A DNA stretch of 63,839 bases, counting the filler, from Deltaproteobacteria bacterium (GTDB lineage Bacteria; JAUYMQ01), in NCBI GenBank assembly GCA_030698575.1. It is 11 parts of 11 records of this genome, joined end to end, with 100 filler letters (N's around TTAATTAATTAA, not from the genome) between each part and the next. Parts side by side here need not be neighbours in the genome. Positions count along the whole stretch, not along the records: positions 18,536 to 22,341 come from JAUYMQ010000349.1; positions 22,442 to 32,732 come from JAUYMQ010000353.1; 9 more parts are not named here. One strand, 5' to 3'. The position numbers were made by a program, and so were the translations under genes. Position 1 is the first letter of the stretch; each line of letters opens with the position of its first letter. Below the pieces are notes generated by a model, which ran no database searches, was not told the origin of the DNA, and was given only the letters and a program-made list of their open reading frames with translations. Below, one piece after another: positions 20,584-30,241 of the stretch.

Positions 20584-22026
20584 TCAGGCGGCTCGCCCGA
20601 AGGCCCGGCGCGCCAGTTCGAGATCGCGGCGGTCGAGGCTTCCTGTGACGAGGAGCAGGAGCAAGTAGGCGGGGAGCAGCGCGACGAGGAAGGGTCCGGT
20701 GGCTACCCCGGAAAGCGGCACGAGCGCGAGCAAGCCCGTGACCCCGAGCGGTCGCCAGGTCGCCTCGGCCAGCTTGCGAACGAGCGGGCGCGTCTCCGCG
20801 ATCCAGGCGAGAAAGGGAAGATTCAGCGCCGACGTCAGCAGCAGCGCGACGGCGGCGCCCGGGGCGCCGTAACGGGGGATCAGCAGGAAGTTCAGCGCGA
20901 GGTTCACAGCCGTCGTGACGATCGAGAGCAGGAAGAAAATGCGCTGGCGTCCCGCCGCGGTCACGGCGTCGAAGGTGACCATGGAAGTGAACGAAAAGAA
21001 GAGCGACCACATGAGGATGGCCAGGGGGAGCGCTGAGGAGGCGTAGGGGGCGCCGTAGAGGAGTTTGACGATGGGCCCGGCGACTACGGTCATCGCCAGG
21101 GCCACCGGCAGGATGAAAACCGCGAGCAGCTTGTAGCTCCACTTCGCCGTCTCGTAGTAGCGCTCCGGCGATTCGCGATCATAGCGGGCCATGAGCGGGT
21201 AGGCCGAGAGAAGCAGCACCGCCGGGACCATCGTGAAGGCGTCATAGAGGCGCAGCGCCGCCACGTACTGCCCCAGCGCGTCGGCCCCGCGGAGCGAGCG
21301 CAGAATGATCTGGTCGGCCCGGAGCGTGATCAGGATGCAGGCGCTGTTGAAGGCGAGCGGCGCGGCCTCGCGCAGATAGGTCTTCCAGAGCGCGCGGTCG
21401 ACGGCCAGGCGGGGGCGGATATCTCGTTTGGATACGAACCCCAGCAGGACGAGCGCGACCGGCTGCGCGATGGCGAGCGCCGCGACGACCAGCTCGAGGC
21501 GCGCGCCGCCGAGGCGCGGCCAGAATGACGGCGCGAATGCCGCGGCGACGAGCAGCGTCGAGGTGACCGCGCCTTGCAGGAAGGCCAGCCACGCGGCGCG
21601 ACCCACTTCGAGGCGCGCCTGGTAGAACGCCGGATAGAGCGAGCCCAGGGAGAAGGGGAGGGTGGCGCAGGCCGCGATGCCCAGCCAGGCGAGGCGCGGC
21701 GTGGGTGCGGTGGCTACAAGAAAGAGTGCAGCGAGAACCGCGGACGCGACCGATAGCAGCGCCCGGAGCGTCATCGCGGCGCCGACGAGGCGCTCCGCCT
21801 CGCCGGGGCGACGCGCGATTTCCTTCAGCACGATCTTCTCGACGCCGAAGTCGCCCATGAAGAGGAAGAACGTCTGGATCGCGATTACGTAGCCGAGATC
21901 GCCGAACCCGGCGGTGCTGAGCGAGCGCGCGAGCACGGCGGCGGCCGCAAGCTGGACCACGCGAAGCGATGCCTGGCCGAGAAAGCCCAGGACGGTGTTT
22001 CGCGCGACCTTCGCGACGGTGCTCAT
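20584..22026 (-). CDS. Wzx-type flippase (MOP family)
   Basis: VARNT, DFG, RAD..IL, G.Y.AA.RL, NLALNFLLIPRYGAPGAA; many TM helices. Confidence 0.9.
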   Translation of the reverse strand: MSTVAKVARNTVLGFLGQASLRVVQLAAAAVLARSLSTAGFGDLGYVIAIQTFFLFMGDFGVEKIVLKEIARRPGEAERLVGAAMTLRALLSVASAVLAALFLVATAPTPRLAWLGIAACATLPFSLGSLYPAFYQARLEVGRAAWLAFLQGAVTSTLLVAAAFAPSFWPRLGGARLELVVAALAIAQPVALVLLGFVSKRDIRPRLAVDRALWKTYLREAAPLAFNSACILITLRADQIILRSLRGADALGQYVAALRLYDAFTMVPAVLLLSAYPLMARYDRESPERYYETAKWSYKLLAVFILPVALAMTVVAGPIVKLLYGAPYASSALPLAILMWSLFFSFTSMVTFDAVTAAGRQRIFFLLSIVTTAVNLALNFLLIPRYGAPGAAVALLLTSALNLPFLAWIAETRPLVRKLAEATWRPLGVTGLLALVPLSGVATGPFLVALLPAYLLLLLVTGSLDRRDLELARRAFGRAA

Positions 22027-22107
22027 GCGCTCCTCGAGGCTGCCTTACCGGCCGATGAGTATACGGCCCCATGATATAATCCACGCCTACCCGATCCGAG
22101 GGAACCC

Positions 22108-22341
22108 GTGAAATTGTCGATCGTCATTCCCGCCTACAACGAGGTGAACACGCTTCCGGAGGTCATCCGGCGCACCCACGCCCTGGCCGTCGACAAGGAA
22201 ATCCTCGTGGTTGACGACGGCTCGACCGACGGTACGGCCGAGCTTCTGAAAAGCGTGGAACTGCCTGATCTAAAGGCATTTTTTCATCCCGCTAACCGGG
22301 GGAAGGGCGCTTCGCTCAGGACCGCCTTCCAGCACGTGACC
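22108..22341 (+). CDS. GT2 glycosyltransferase (DPM1-like), 3'-truncated
   Basis: LSIVIPAYNE, VVDDGSTDGT, NRGKG. Confidence 0.9.
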
Positions 22342-22441
22342 NNNNNNNNNNNNNNNNNNNNNNNNNNNNNNNNNNNNNNNNNNNNTTAATTAATTAANNN
22401 NNNNNNNNNNNNNNNNNNNNNNNNNNNNNNNNNNNNNNNNN

Positions 22442-23599
22442 AACACCAACGGCCAGTTCGATTACGATCGGTACAAGCGCGCCATGGCGCTTCAGCGCCG
22501 GAACGCCAAGGACTTCGAGGCGACCATCCGCCAGGAGCTGCTGCTCAGAAAGATGCAACAGTTCCTGCTCGACTCGGTTCACGTGTCGAAGGCCGAGGTG
22601 ATGGAGGCCTTCAACCAGGCGCGCGAGAAGGTCGACGTGGAGTTCGTGGCTTTCGATCTGGAGGACTACCAGAAGAAGGCTGAACCGACGCAGGAGGAGA
22701 TCTCGGCCTTCATCGAAAAGGAGGGGGCGCGGATCGACAGCTACTACCAGGCACGCTTGGCGGACTACAACCGCCCGGAGCAGGTGCGCGCCTCGCACCT
22801 GCTGATCGCGCTGGAAGAAGGGGCTGGCCCCGAGCAGGCGAAGGAAGCCGAGGCCAAAGCGACGCGCCTGGCCGCGGAGGCGCGCAAGAAGGGGGCTGAT
22901 TTCGCCAAGCTCGCGCGTGAGAACTCAGCCGATCCCGGCAGCGCGCCGCGGGGAGGGGATCTCGGGTTCTTCGCCCGCGAGCAGATGGTGACGCCCTTCG
23001 CCGACGCCGCGTTCGGCGCCTCCCCGCCCGAAATCGTGGGCCCCGTGAAGACCCGGTTCGGCTACCACGTGATCAAGGTCGAGGAAAAACGCCCCGCCCT
23101 CGAGCGAAAGCTCGAGGAGGTGAAGGAGGAGATCGCGCAGACGCTCGTGACCGAGGATCGGGCGAAAGCGGCGGCCGTCGCCGACGCCCAGGCGCTGCTG
23201 GCGAAGGCCGGTGGCGCGAAGAACCTGGCATCTCTCGACCGCCCTCGCGGGGCCCGCTACGGCACTACCGACCCTTTCACCCGCGGCGTTCCCGAGATCC
23301 CGAACCTCGGCCGCTCTGCGGAGGCCGTCGAGGCCGCCTTCAGCCTCACCGCCGAAGCGCCGCTGGCCCCGAGCCCGGTCACCGTGGGCGATGCAATTGT
23401 GGTGCTGCGACTCAAGGCCCGGACGGACGCGCCCACCGCGCCGCCCAGCGAGGATCTCGATCCGTTCCGCGAACGCCTGCTGGCCGACAAGCAACGCAAG
23501 ACGATCTCGCTCTGGCTCATGTCAGCGCGCACGGAGGCGGTGCAGGCGGGAGATCTAGAGCGCAACGAGCGCACCCTGCAGGAACTCCTCGGGGGCTAG
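22442..23599 (+). CDS. ppiD: PpiD/SurA-like parvulin peptidyl-prolyl isomerase, 5'-truncated
   Basis: EQVRASHLLI, DFAKLARENSADPGSAPRGGDLGFF, VKTRFGYHVIK. Confidence 0.85.
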   Translation, partial: NTNGQFDYDRYKRAMALQRRNAKDFEATIRQELLLRKMQQFLLDSVHVSKAEVMEAFNQAREKVDVEFVAFDLEDYQKKAEPTQEEISAFIEKEGARIDSYYQARLADYNRPEQVRASHLLIALEEGAGPEQAKEAEAKATRLAAEARKKGADFAKLARENSADPGSAPRGGDLGFFAREQMVTPFADAAFGASPPEIVGPVKTRFGYHVIKVEEKRPALERKLEEVKEEIAQTLVTEDRAKAAAVADAQALLAKAGGAKNLASLDRPRGARYGTTDPFTRGVPEIPNLGRSAEAVEAAFSLTAEAPLAPSPVTVGDAIVVLRLKARTDAPTAPPSEDLDPFRERLLADKQRKTISLWLMSARTEAVQAGDLERNERTLQELLGG

Positions 23600-23627
23600 G
23601 CAGCGCCCTCGCGATCGCGGAGAAAGA

Positions 23628-23658
23628 AAAAGCCCGGCGTCGATGACGCCGGGCTTTT
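23628..23658. terminator. Bidirectional intrinsic terminator
   Basis: AAAAGCCCGGCGTC-GAT-GACGCCGGGCTTTT between convergent genes. Confidence 0.85.
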
Positions 23659-23691
23659 CATTGGAGCCCCTTCAGACAGCCTCACCGGCAA

Positions 23692-24993
23692 TCAATCCGC
23701 CTCGGGCATGCGCAGGGAGGCAACGTGCCTCGCCCGCTTTTCCAGCTCCTTGGTGTAGGCGTCGAGGCTCTCGATCTGCTTCCGGGCCACGCCGGATTTC
23801 ATCGCCGCCTCGGCCACGGCCGGCGCGACGCTGAAGAGGACGTTGGGATCGAAGGGCTTCGGAATGATGTACTCCGGCCCGAACTCGAGGCTCTTGAGTC
23901 CGTAGGCCACGAGCACGCTCTCGGGCACTTTCTGCTTCGCCAGATTCGCCAGCGCCTTCGTGGCGGCCACCTTCATCTCTATGCTGATCGACCGGGCCCG
24001 CACATCCAGGGCGCCGCGGAAGATGAAGGGGAAACCGAGGACATTGTTCACCTGATTGGGGAAGTCGCTGCGCCCGGTGGCCATGATGATGTCGCTGCGC
24101 GCCTCCCGCGCCTCGTAGTAGCTGATCTCGGGCACCGGGTTCGCCATGGCGAAGACGATCGGGCGCGGCGCCATGCTCTTGACCATGATGCGCGTGACCA
24201 GTTCCGCCGACGAGACGCCGACGAAGGCGTCGGCGCCGCGCATGGCATCCTCGAGCGTGCGGAGGTTCGTCCTGACCGCGAAGCGCTCCTTGAAGGGGTT
24301 CATGTTCTCCTTGCGCCCCTCGTAAATCACCCCGCTCCGATCGCACATGATCATGTTCTCACGCTTGACGCCTAGGTCCACGTAGAGCAGCGCGCAACCC
24401 ACGGCGGCAGCCCCCGCGCCCGAGAACACAACCTTCATCTCCTCGATCTTCTTGTTCTGCAGTTCGACGGCGTTCAGGAAGGCCGCAGCCGAAATGATGG
24501 CCGTGCCGTGCTGATCGTCGTGGAAGACCGGGATCTCCATCCGCCTGCTCAGCTCTTCCTCGATGTGGAAACACTTCGGCGCCGCGATGTCTTCCAGGTT
24601 GATGCCGCCGAAGGTCGGCTCGAGGGCCGAAACGACCTCGATGATTTTCTCTGGATCCTGCGTGTTCAGCTCGAGGTCGAACACATCGACGTCGGCGAAG
24701 CGCTTGAAGAGAACACCCTTGCCTTCCATGACCGGCTTGCCCGCAAGCCCGCCGATGTTCCCGAGGCCGAGCACCGCGCTGCCGTCGGAGATGACCGCCA
24801 CAAGATTGGCTTTCGAGGTGTAGCGATACGCCTTCAGGGGGTCGACCGCGATCTCGAGGCAGGGCTCGGCCACACCGGGGGTGTAGGCGAGGCTCAGGTC
24901 TTCCTGGGTTTGGCAGGGTTTGGTGGGCACGGTCTCGACTTTCCCGTGCCGGCCGCGGGAGTGATACTCGAGCGCTTTCTCCTTCCAATCCAT
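23692..24993 (-). CDS. NAD(P)-dependent malic enzyme (MaeB-type N-terminal module, no PTA domain)
   Basis: [48 protein letters not shown]. Confidence 0.95.
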   Translation of the reverse strand: MDWKEKALEYHSRGRHGKVETVPTKPCQTQEDLSLAYTPGVAEPCLEIAVDPLKAYRYTSKANLVAVISDGSAVLGLGNIGGLAGKPVMEGKGVLFKRFADVDVFDLELNTQDPEKIIEVVSALEPTFGGINLEDIAAPKCFHIEEELSRRMEIPVFHDDQHGTAIISAAAFLNAVELQNKKIEEMKVVFSGAGAAAVGCALLYVDLGVKRENMIMCDRSGVIYEGRKENMNPFKERFAVRTNLRTLEDAMRGADAFVGVSSAELVTRIMVKSMAPRPIVFAMANPVPEISYYEAREARSDIIMATGRSDFPNQVNNVLGFPFIFRGALDVRARSISIEMKVAATKALANLAKQKVPESVLVAYGLKSLEFGPEYIIPKPFDPNVLFSVAPAVAEAAMKSGVARKQIESLDAYTKELEKRARHVASLRMPEAD

Positions 24994-25218
24994 GTCGGTG
25001 GGCTCCGTCAGGGGGCTCCACGGCGCCGAAAGCCGCCGACCGACTTGATTTCTCGGGCTGCGGCTCGGCGCTGCGAAAGACTACCTTTATAGCACAGGAT
25101 TGTATGCAATCCCAAGGACTTTCGAGCGGCTTCCTGTGGATGGCGGCGCGCAACCCCCCGCGCCGAAAAAGAAAGGCGGGAACCGGCGATCAGGTCCCGG
25201 AAGCGCCCTCGCGGCCCC

Positions 25219-26628
25219 TCACAGATCGAACGTTTCGTGGAGGGCCGGGGTTTCCACCCGCCTGGCTTTCAGCATTTTCGCGAAGATCTGCCGGGTCTCA
25301 TCTTCACCGTGCACCACGAAGGTGATCTCGGGCTCGCCGGTCTTCGCGTGCCAGGCCAGCAGTTCCGCCTGGTCGGCGTGCGCCGAGAAGCCGCCGAGCG
25401 TGTGAACCCTGGCCCGCACGTGAATCTCCTCGTCAAAGATGGTCACGCGCTTCTCCCCGTCGATGATCCGGCGCCCGAGCGTCCCCCGGGCCGCAAAGCC
25501 GACGAAGACGATGCTGCTTTCGGCCCGCCAGAGGTTGTACTTCAGGTGATGGCGCACCCGACCGCCCGTGCACATCCCCGACCCGGCGATGATGACGGCG
25601 CCTCCCGCGATGCGGTTGATGGCCATCGACTCGGCGGTCTCGTGAGTGAAGTGGAGCCCGGGAAGATGGAAAGGGTCCTTCCCCTCCCGGAACAGCCGGG
25701 ACGTTTCCTCGTCGTAGCATTCGGGATGTCGCCGGAAGATCTCGGTGGCCGAGATGGCCATGGGCGAATCGAGGAAGACCTGCATCGAGGCGGGCAGGCG
25801 CCCCGCCCCGACGCCTTCGCGCAGGTGGTAGAGCACCTCCTGCGCGCGCTCGAGGGCGAAGCTCGGGATGATTACGTTGCCGCCGCGCGCGAAGGTTCCG
25901 GTGATGGCCTCGTACAGTTCCTCGACGGAGGATTCGAGGGGCCTATGCTGGCGGTTGCCGTAGGTCGACTCCATGACAACCACGTCGGCCGTGGGCGGCG
26001 TGTCGGGATCGCGCAGGATGGGCCGTCCGCCGTAGCCCAGATCGCCCGAGAAGAGGACTTTGCGCCGCCGTCCCTTCTCCTCCAGTTCGAGGAGCACGCT
26101 TGAAGCGCCGAGAATGTGCCCCGCGTCGAGATAGGTAGCCGTGATGCCGGGCGCCAGTGCGAGGGGCTTTCCGTAGGAAGCCGGGCGCCCGAAGGCGTCC
26201 ATCGTGTCGAGCGCATCGAGCGTGGTGTACAGCGGCTCTTCCAGTTCGTGGCGCTGCCCCCGCTTCCTCGGCTTTCCGCGCCGCTCCGCCCGGCGCTGCC
26301 GCCGGCGGGCGTCCTCTTCCTGGATTCCGGCGGAATCGAGCAGCACCAGGCGCGCCAGATCACGCGTGGCGCCGGTGGCGATGATCTCGCCGCGAAAGCC
26401 CCGGCTCTTGAGTAACGGCAGCCGCCCGCAGTGATCGAGGTGGGCGTGGGTGAGAAGGACGAAGTCGACTTCCTCCGGCTCGAAGCCGAAGGGCTCGGCA
26501 TTCTCTTCCCGCAGTTCGCGCCCGCCCTGGTAGAGCCCGCAATCGACGAGGATCCGGAGCCCCGCGCATTCCACCAGGAAGCAGGAACCGGTGACGCCGC
26601 CGGCAGCGCCATGGAAGCTGATCTTCAT
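25219..26628 (-). CDS. MBL/beta-CASP ribonuclease family protein
   Basis: VTGSC, THAHLDHCG, AGHILG, MESTYG, GSGMCTGGR, FSAHAD, VHGE. Confidence 0.93.
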   Translation of the reverse strand: MKISFHGAAGGVTGSCFLVECAGLRILVDCGLYQGGRELREENAEPFGFEPEEVDFVLLTHAHLDHCGRLPLLKSRGFRGEIIATGATRDLARLVLLDSAGIQEEDARRRQRRAERRGKPRKRGQRHELEEPLYTTLDALDTMDAFGRPASYGKPLALAPGITATYLDAGHILGASSVLLELEEKGRRRKVLFSGDLGYGGRPILRDPDTPPTADVVVMESTYGNRQHRPLESSVEELYEAITGTFARGGNVIIPSFALERAQEVLYHLREGVGAGRLPASMQVFLDSPMAISATEIFRRHPECYDEETSRLFREGKDPFHLPGLHFTHETAESMAINRIAGGAVIIAGSGMCTGGRVRHHLKYNLWRAESSIVFVGFAARGTLGRRIIDGEKRVTIFDEEIHVRARVHTLGGFSAHADQAELLAWHAKTGEPEITFVVHGEDETRQIFAKMLKARRVETPALHETFDL

Positions 26629-26794
26629 GCGGTCGGGCTCTCCTCAATGCAAACTTGCTCGCCTCGCCACATTCTACACCATCACAGCACCGGGGGAGGG
26701 AGCCCGCCTTCGGACATGCAATAGTTTCATGAGGTGTTATGATGACGCGCCAATAGCCCCCTGAACAGAGAAACACCTCCCTGAACGGGGAACA

Positions 26795-27343
26795 ATGGAC
26801 GCGATCGCCGAGCTCGATCAGCAACTCTTCCACTATATAAACCAGGTCCTGGCTTACCCGCCCCTCGATCCGGTGATGACCACCATCACGCGCATCCGTT
26901 ACTGGCGCGTGCCATTCGGGATCCTGGGTGTGCTCCTCTTCTTCTTCGGAGGGAAGAAGGGAAAGATCGTCGTCCTTCTCCTGATCCCGGCCATCGCGGT
27001 CTCGGACGTTTTCAACGCGAAGATCCTGAAGCACGTCTTCGAGCGCGTTCGGCCCTGCCACGAGCTGCCGGATGTCCGCCTGCTGGTCTCCTGCCGGCAT
27101 TCGCCCTCCTTCCCTTCGAATCACGCGTTCAACATCTTCACCGCCGCGACGCTCTTCGCGCAGTTCTACTCCTGGCGCATCGGCCTCGTCGCGCTCACGA
27201 TCGCCACGGCTGTGGGCTACTCGCGCGTCTATGTCGGCGCGCACTATCCCTTCGACGTGCTGGTTGGCGCCGCCTTGGGCATCCTGTGGGGATCCGCCGT
27301 GGCCTGGACCTACCGCCGCTGGCAGAACCGGGGTCAGGCTTGA
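26795..27343 (+). CDS. PAP2-family phosphatase (undecaprenyl-diphosphatase-like)
   Basis: K..F.R.RP, SFPSNH, SRVYVGAHYPFDV. Confidence 0.92.
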   Translation: MDAIAELDQQLFHYINQVLAYPPLDPVMTTITRIRYWRVPFGILGVLLFFFGGKKGKIVVLLLIPAIAVSDVFNAKILKHVFERVRPCHELPDVRLLVSCRHSPSFPSNHAFNIFTAATLFAQFYSWRIGLVALTIATAVGYSRVYVGAHYPFDVLVGAALGILWGSAVAWTYRRWQNRGQA

Positions 27344-27410
27344 CTTGTTGACTTATTGGACCCCGACCCTGCGATGAACCGGGCGCCTCGCCACGAAATT
27401 CGCAGCAGAC

Positions 27411-27453
27411 GAAACGAGCCCGCCAGATTACTCCCTGGCGGGCTCGTCGTTTC
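27411..27453. terminator. Hairpin terminator between the PAP2 gene and the tRNA
   Basis: ACGAGCCCGCCAG / CTGGCGGGCTCGT inverted repeat. Confidence 0.7.
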
Positions 27454-27477
27454 AATGTCGCTACTTCGATCTACGAT

Positions 27478-27553
27478 TGGTGGAGCTGAGGGGGTTCGAA
27501 CCCCTGACCCTCAGACTGCCAGCCTGATGCTCTCCCAGCTGAGCTACAGCCCC
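27478..27553 (-). tRNA. tRNA-Ala (anticodon GGC)
   Basis: 76 nt GGGGCTGTAGCTCAGCTGGGAGAGC...GGTTCGAACC...CTCCACCA; anticodon loop CTGGCAG; G3:U70 pair; encoded CCA. Confidence 0.97.
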
Positions 27554-27588
27554 ATAAAGGGCGGGCGGCACGCCGCCTGCCTTGCCGA

Positions 27589-27617
27589 ACGCTAACATCG
27601 GCCCCCGGTATTGTCAA
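27589..27617 (-). promoter_or_regulatory. Putative tRNA promoter TTGACA-17-TAGCGT
   Basis: Minus-strand -35 at 27617-27612 and -10 at 27594-27589. Confidence 0.55.
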
Positions 27618-27848
27618 CGTTTACGCGCCTCTGCGACCGATCCCCGAGAATCAGGCGCGTTCAAGTTCGCTCAGAATCGCACGATGAAACCGATATCGCG
27701 CAGCGCTACCGGGCGCATCGAATATGAAGTATAAATTGCGGTCCGTTCCGGGGTTGGCTGCCCCTGCAGCCGGTCCGCCACCTGGTCTCAACCTTCTCGG
27801 CGTCTCAGTTTTTTCGGCCTCTCAGCTTTTCCGAAGGAGTCGTAACCG

Positions 27849-28655
27849 ATGATCCAGCGTTCCATCCGAACCGCTCTCGTTTTCACGCTCCTACTGGCCC
27901 CCTCCCAGACAGCGGCCACGACGACCCCCAAGCCGCTTCCGCGGACTGCAACAGTTGATCTCGCGGTCGCCTTGCCCAGCGGCGAGCAGACGCTCCCTGT
28001 CTATCGCTTCAGCCGCCAGCCCCACGAGTACACACAGGCCATGATGTATTTCTCAGCCCCCTCCGGTGTGACCGAAGAGGATCACGAGATGGCGCGCCAG
28101 GTCGCCGAAAACGGGTGCTGGGCGGTTCTTCTCGATCTCGGGAAGCTCACTTCGAAGTTCAAGGACGAGGCGGAGTTCGATCAGGCGGTCGTGGCCATCG
28201 CCCTTGCGATGAGGAAGAGCATGAGCGACGCCATCGGGCCCAGGATGAAGGACCAGGGTGAGAGAAAGTGGCCCTATACTTTCGCCGGCCGGGGCGCCGG
28301 GGCGGTGCGCGCGTCTCGCGCGGCGATCGGCTTCGAGGCCAAGGGCAAGGTGCGGGGTGTGATGATGATCGAGCCGGCGGTCGAGGCGCCCGGAATCGGA
28401 ACCGGGGCGGCGCAGGTCGAGCATTCCCAGCTCCTCCCGAAGCTCGGGGTGGCGCCGGTGGCTTTCGCCGTCTCCGGCGAGAACGAAACCGTTCACACCC
28501 TCGAGAAAGACGTCATCGGCTACAACGCGGTGAAGCCCTCGGTCAAGGGCGGGCTCGAGTTCATCTCCATGCACTACCCGATCCGCAGGCAGCGGGCGCC
28601 CCGCACGGGGCCAGCCGTGTTCGATCCCGGCAAGCTCTTCCAGCCCGGACGCTGA
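27849..28655 (+). CDS. Secreted hypothetical protein, weak AcvB/VirJ-like alpha/beta-hydrolase fold
   Basis: Signal peptide, SD AAGGAG; FSAPSG...MARQVAENG..AV..D pattern; GRGAG in place of GxSxG. Confidence 0.55.
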   Translation: MIQRSIRTALVFTLLLAPSQTAATTTPKPLPRTATVDLAVALPSGEQTLPVYRFSRQPHEYTQAMMYFSAPSGVTEEDHEMARQVAENGCWAVLLDLGKLTSKFKDEAEFDQAVVAIALAMRKSMSDAIGPRMKDQGERKWPYTFAGRGAGAVRASRAAIGFEAKGKVRGVMMIEPAVEAPGIGTGAAQVEHSQLLPKLGVAPVAFAVSGENETVHTLEKDVIGYNAVKPSVKGGLEFISMHYPIRRQRAPRTGPAVFDPGKLFQPGR

Positions 28656-28663
28656 GAGCGCGG

Positions 28664-28719
28664 GGGGATTGCGTCGTCGGGCCTCAATACTTCCTCGGCC
28701 CTCCTCGCAATGACATGCG
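28664..28719. repeat. REP-like palindromic repeat copy
   Basis: GGGATTGCGTCG...CCTCCTCGCAATGACATGCG. Confidence 0.85.
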
Positions 28720-28885
28720 GGGCGAATGTTACGGCCCCTCGCGCGTCTTGATGGGGTGCGGGGCGGGTGGTAGCATCGTTTTTTCCCGGTTTCACGCGCG
28801 CGGGCGTCGGTCCGGATCTCGCCTCCCACCCCCCAGGGCGCGTACCCGATCCATCCCCGCCCGCATCCTCAAGAGAGCGCCTAGC

Positions 28886-30241
28886 GTGCATCGAAGCGTG
28901 TCGAAAGCCCCGAACTCAAACCCGAGACCGCCAGGAAGGGTCCTGGCGCTCGCCGCCGCGTGCCTGCTCACGCTCACCATGGCCGGTGAGGCCGGGGCGA
29001 TCTCTTCGGTCAACCTCGACGTGCGCTCGCCGCAGGACGGCGAGAACCTCACCCATCACCTGAATCTCGCCTACCTGACCGGCGACACCTGGGTCAACGC
29101 CCCCTACCGGCGGGCGCAGGACGTCGTGATGCTCATCGATTCGTCGGGCAGCACGGCCGACCCCTCGGGCGCCGACGTCGACGGCGACGGCAAGACCGGG
29201 CGCGGATTCCTGGGCCTCGTGACCAACACTGACGGCGGCGACTCCGTGCTGGCCGCCGAGATCGCCTCGGCGCGCAAGCTGCTCCAGAGTTTCGACCCGG
29301 GCATCACCGCCGTGGCGGTGGTCACCTTCGACGGCGGGCGGACACAGGGGTTCGGCTTCGGCCGCCAGCTCATCCCCGACGCGGTCGTCGAGCAGCCCCT
29401 GACGGGGAACTACCATCTGGTCGAGGGCGCCCTCGCGCGAATTCTCCAGCGCGGCCCGGACGGCGGCACCAACATGGCCGAGGGCGTGCGCATGGCGGTG
29501 AACGAGCTGACCGGCTTTCAGAGCGCCTCCGTTCCACGCCCCGGCGCCGAGCGCTCGATCTATCTCTTCACAGACGGCTTCCCCACCCTCCCCTTCCTCG
29601 GCTGGTTCGCCGCCGAGCGGAAGAACGTCGAGCTGACCGTTTATTACGCCGAGACCGCCGGCCGGCTCGGCATCAAGGTCCACGCTTTCCCGGTGGGCAA
29701 GAGCGCGCTCGCGCGCCCGCTGGCCACCGTCGATGCGGCGCGCGTGTCGGGCGGAATGTTCGTGCCGGTGCCCGATCCGGGCAAGCTCCCCGCCGTCATC
29801 GAGGCCGTCGCGGCGCTGCGCGTGCAGCGCGTCACCGTGCTCAACACCACCACGCAGGAGCGCGCGCGCGTGGTTAAGCTCAATCCCGACGGCACCTTCG
29901 ACTCGCTCGTCCCCGTCAGGCCCGGGCCCAACCGGCTGGAGATCATCGCCATCGCCACCGACGGCGGCTCGTCGATGCAGAACGTCACCGTGAACTACCA
30001 GCGCCCGTCGCAGAAGAGCCTCGACGTGAGCGTCGAGGAGGCGCGGCAGCTCGAGAAGCTGCTCGAGATCCAGATCGAGGAGGACGAGGGCGGCCTGCCC
30101 GACCGCGATCTGTTCCTCGAGATCGAAGTGGAGCGCCGCAAGGCTTTCGAGCAGGCCGAACGGCAGCGTGAGGAGCTGGGCATGGCGCGGGAACCCGTGA
30201 CCTCGCCACCGACCGCGCCCGGCCCGGGGGGCGCGCCATGA
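28886..30241 (+). CDS. Secreted von Willebrand factor A domain protein
   Basis: MIDAS DSSGS...GGTN...FTDG; DVDGDG insert; start codon uncertain. Confidence 0.82.
   Translation: MHRSVSKAPNSNPRPPGRVLALAAACLLTLTMAGEAGAISSVNLDVRSPQDGENLTHHLNLAYLTGDTWVNAPYRRAQDVVMLIDSSGSTADPSGADVDGDGKTGRGFLGLVTNTDGGDSVLAAEIASARKLLQSFDPGITAVAVVTFDGGRTQGFGFGRQLIPDAVVEQPLTGNYHLVEGALARILQRGPDGGTNMAEGVRMAVNELTGFQSASVPRPGAERSIYLFTDGFPTLPFLGWFAAERKNVELTVYYAETAGRLGIKVHAFPVGKSALARPLATVDAARVSGGMFVPVPDPGKLPAVIEAVAALRVQRVTVLNTTTQERARVVKLNPDGTFDSLVPVRPGPNRLEIIAIATDGGSSMQNVTVNYQRPSQKSLDVSVEEARQLEKLLEIQIEEDEGGLPDRDLFLEIEVERRKAFEQAERQREELGMAREPVTSPPTAPGPGGAP

Noticed and set aside
27478-27850. Integrative element at tRNA-Ala
   Set aside because: No integrase or duplicated tRNA 3' end; the flanks are ordinary genes.
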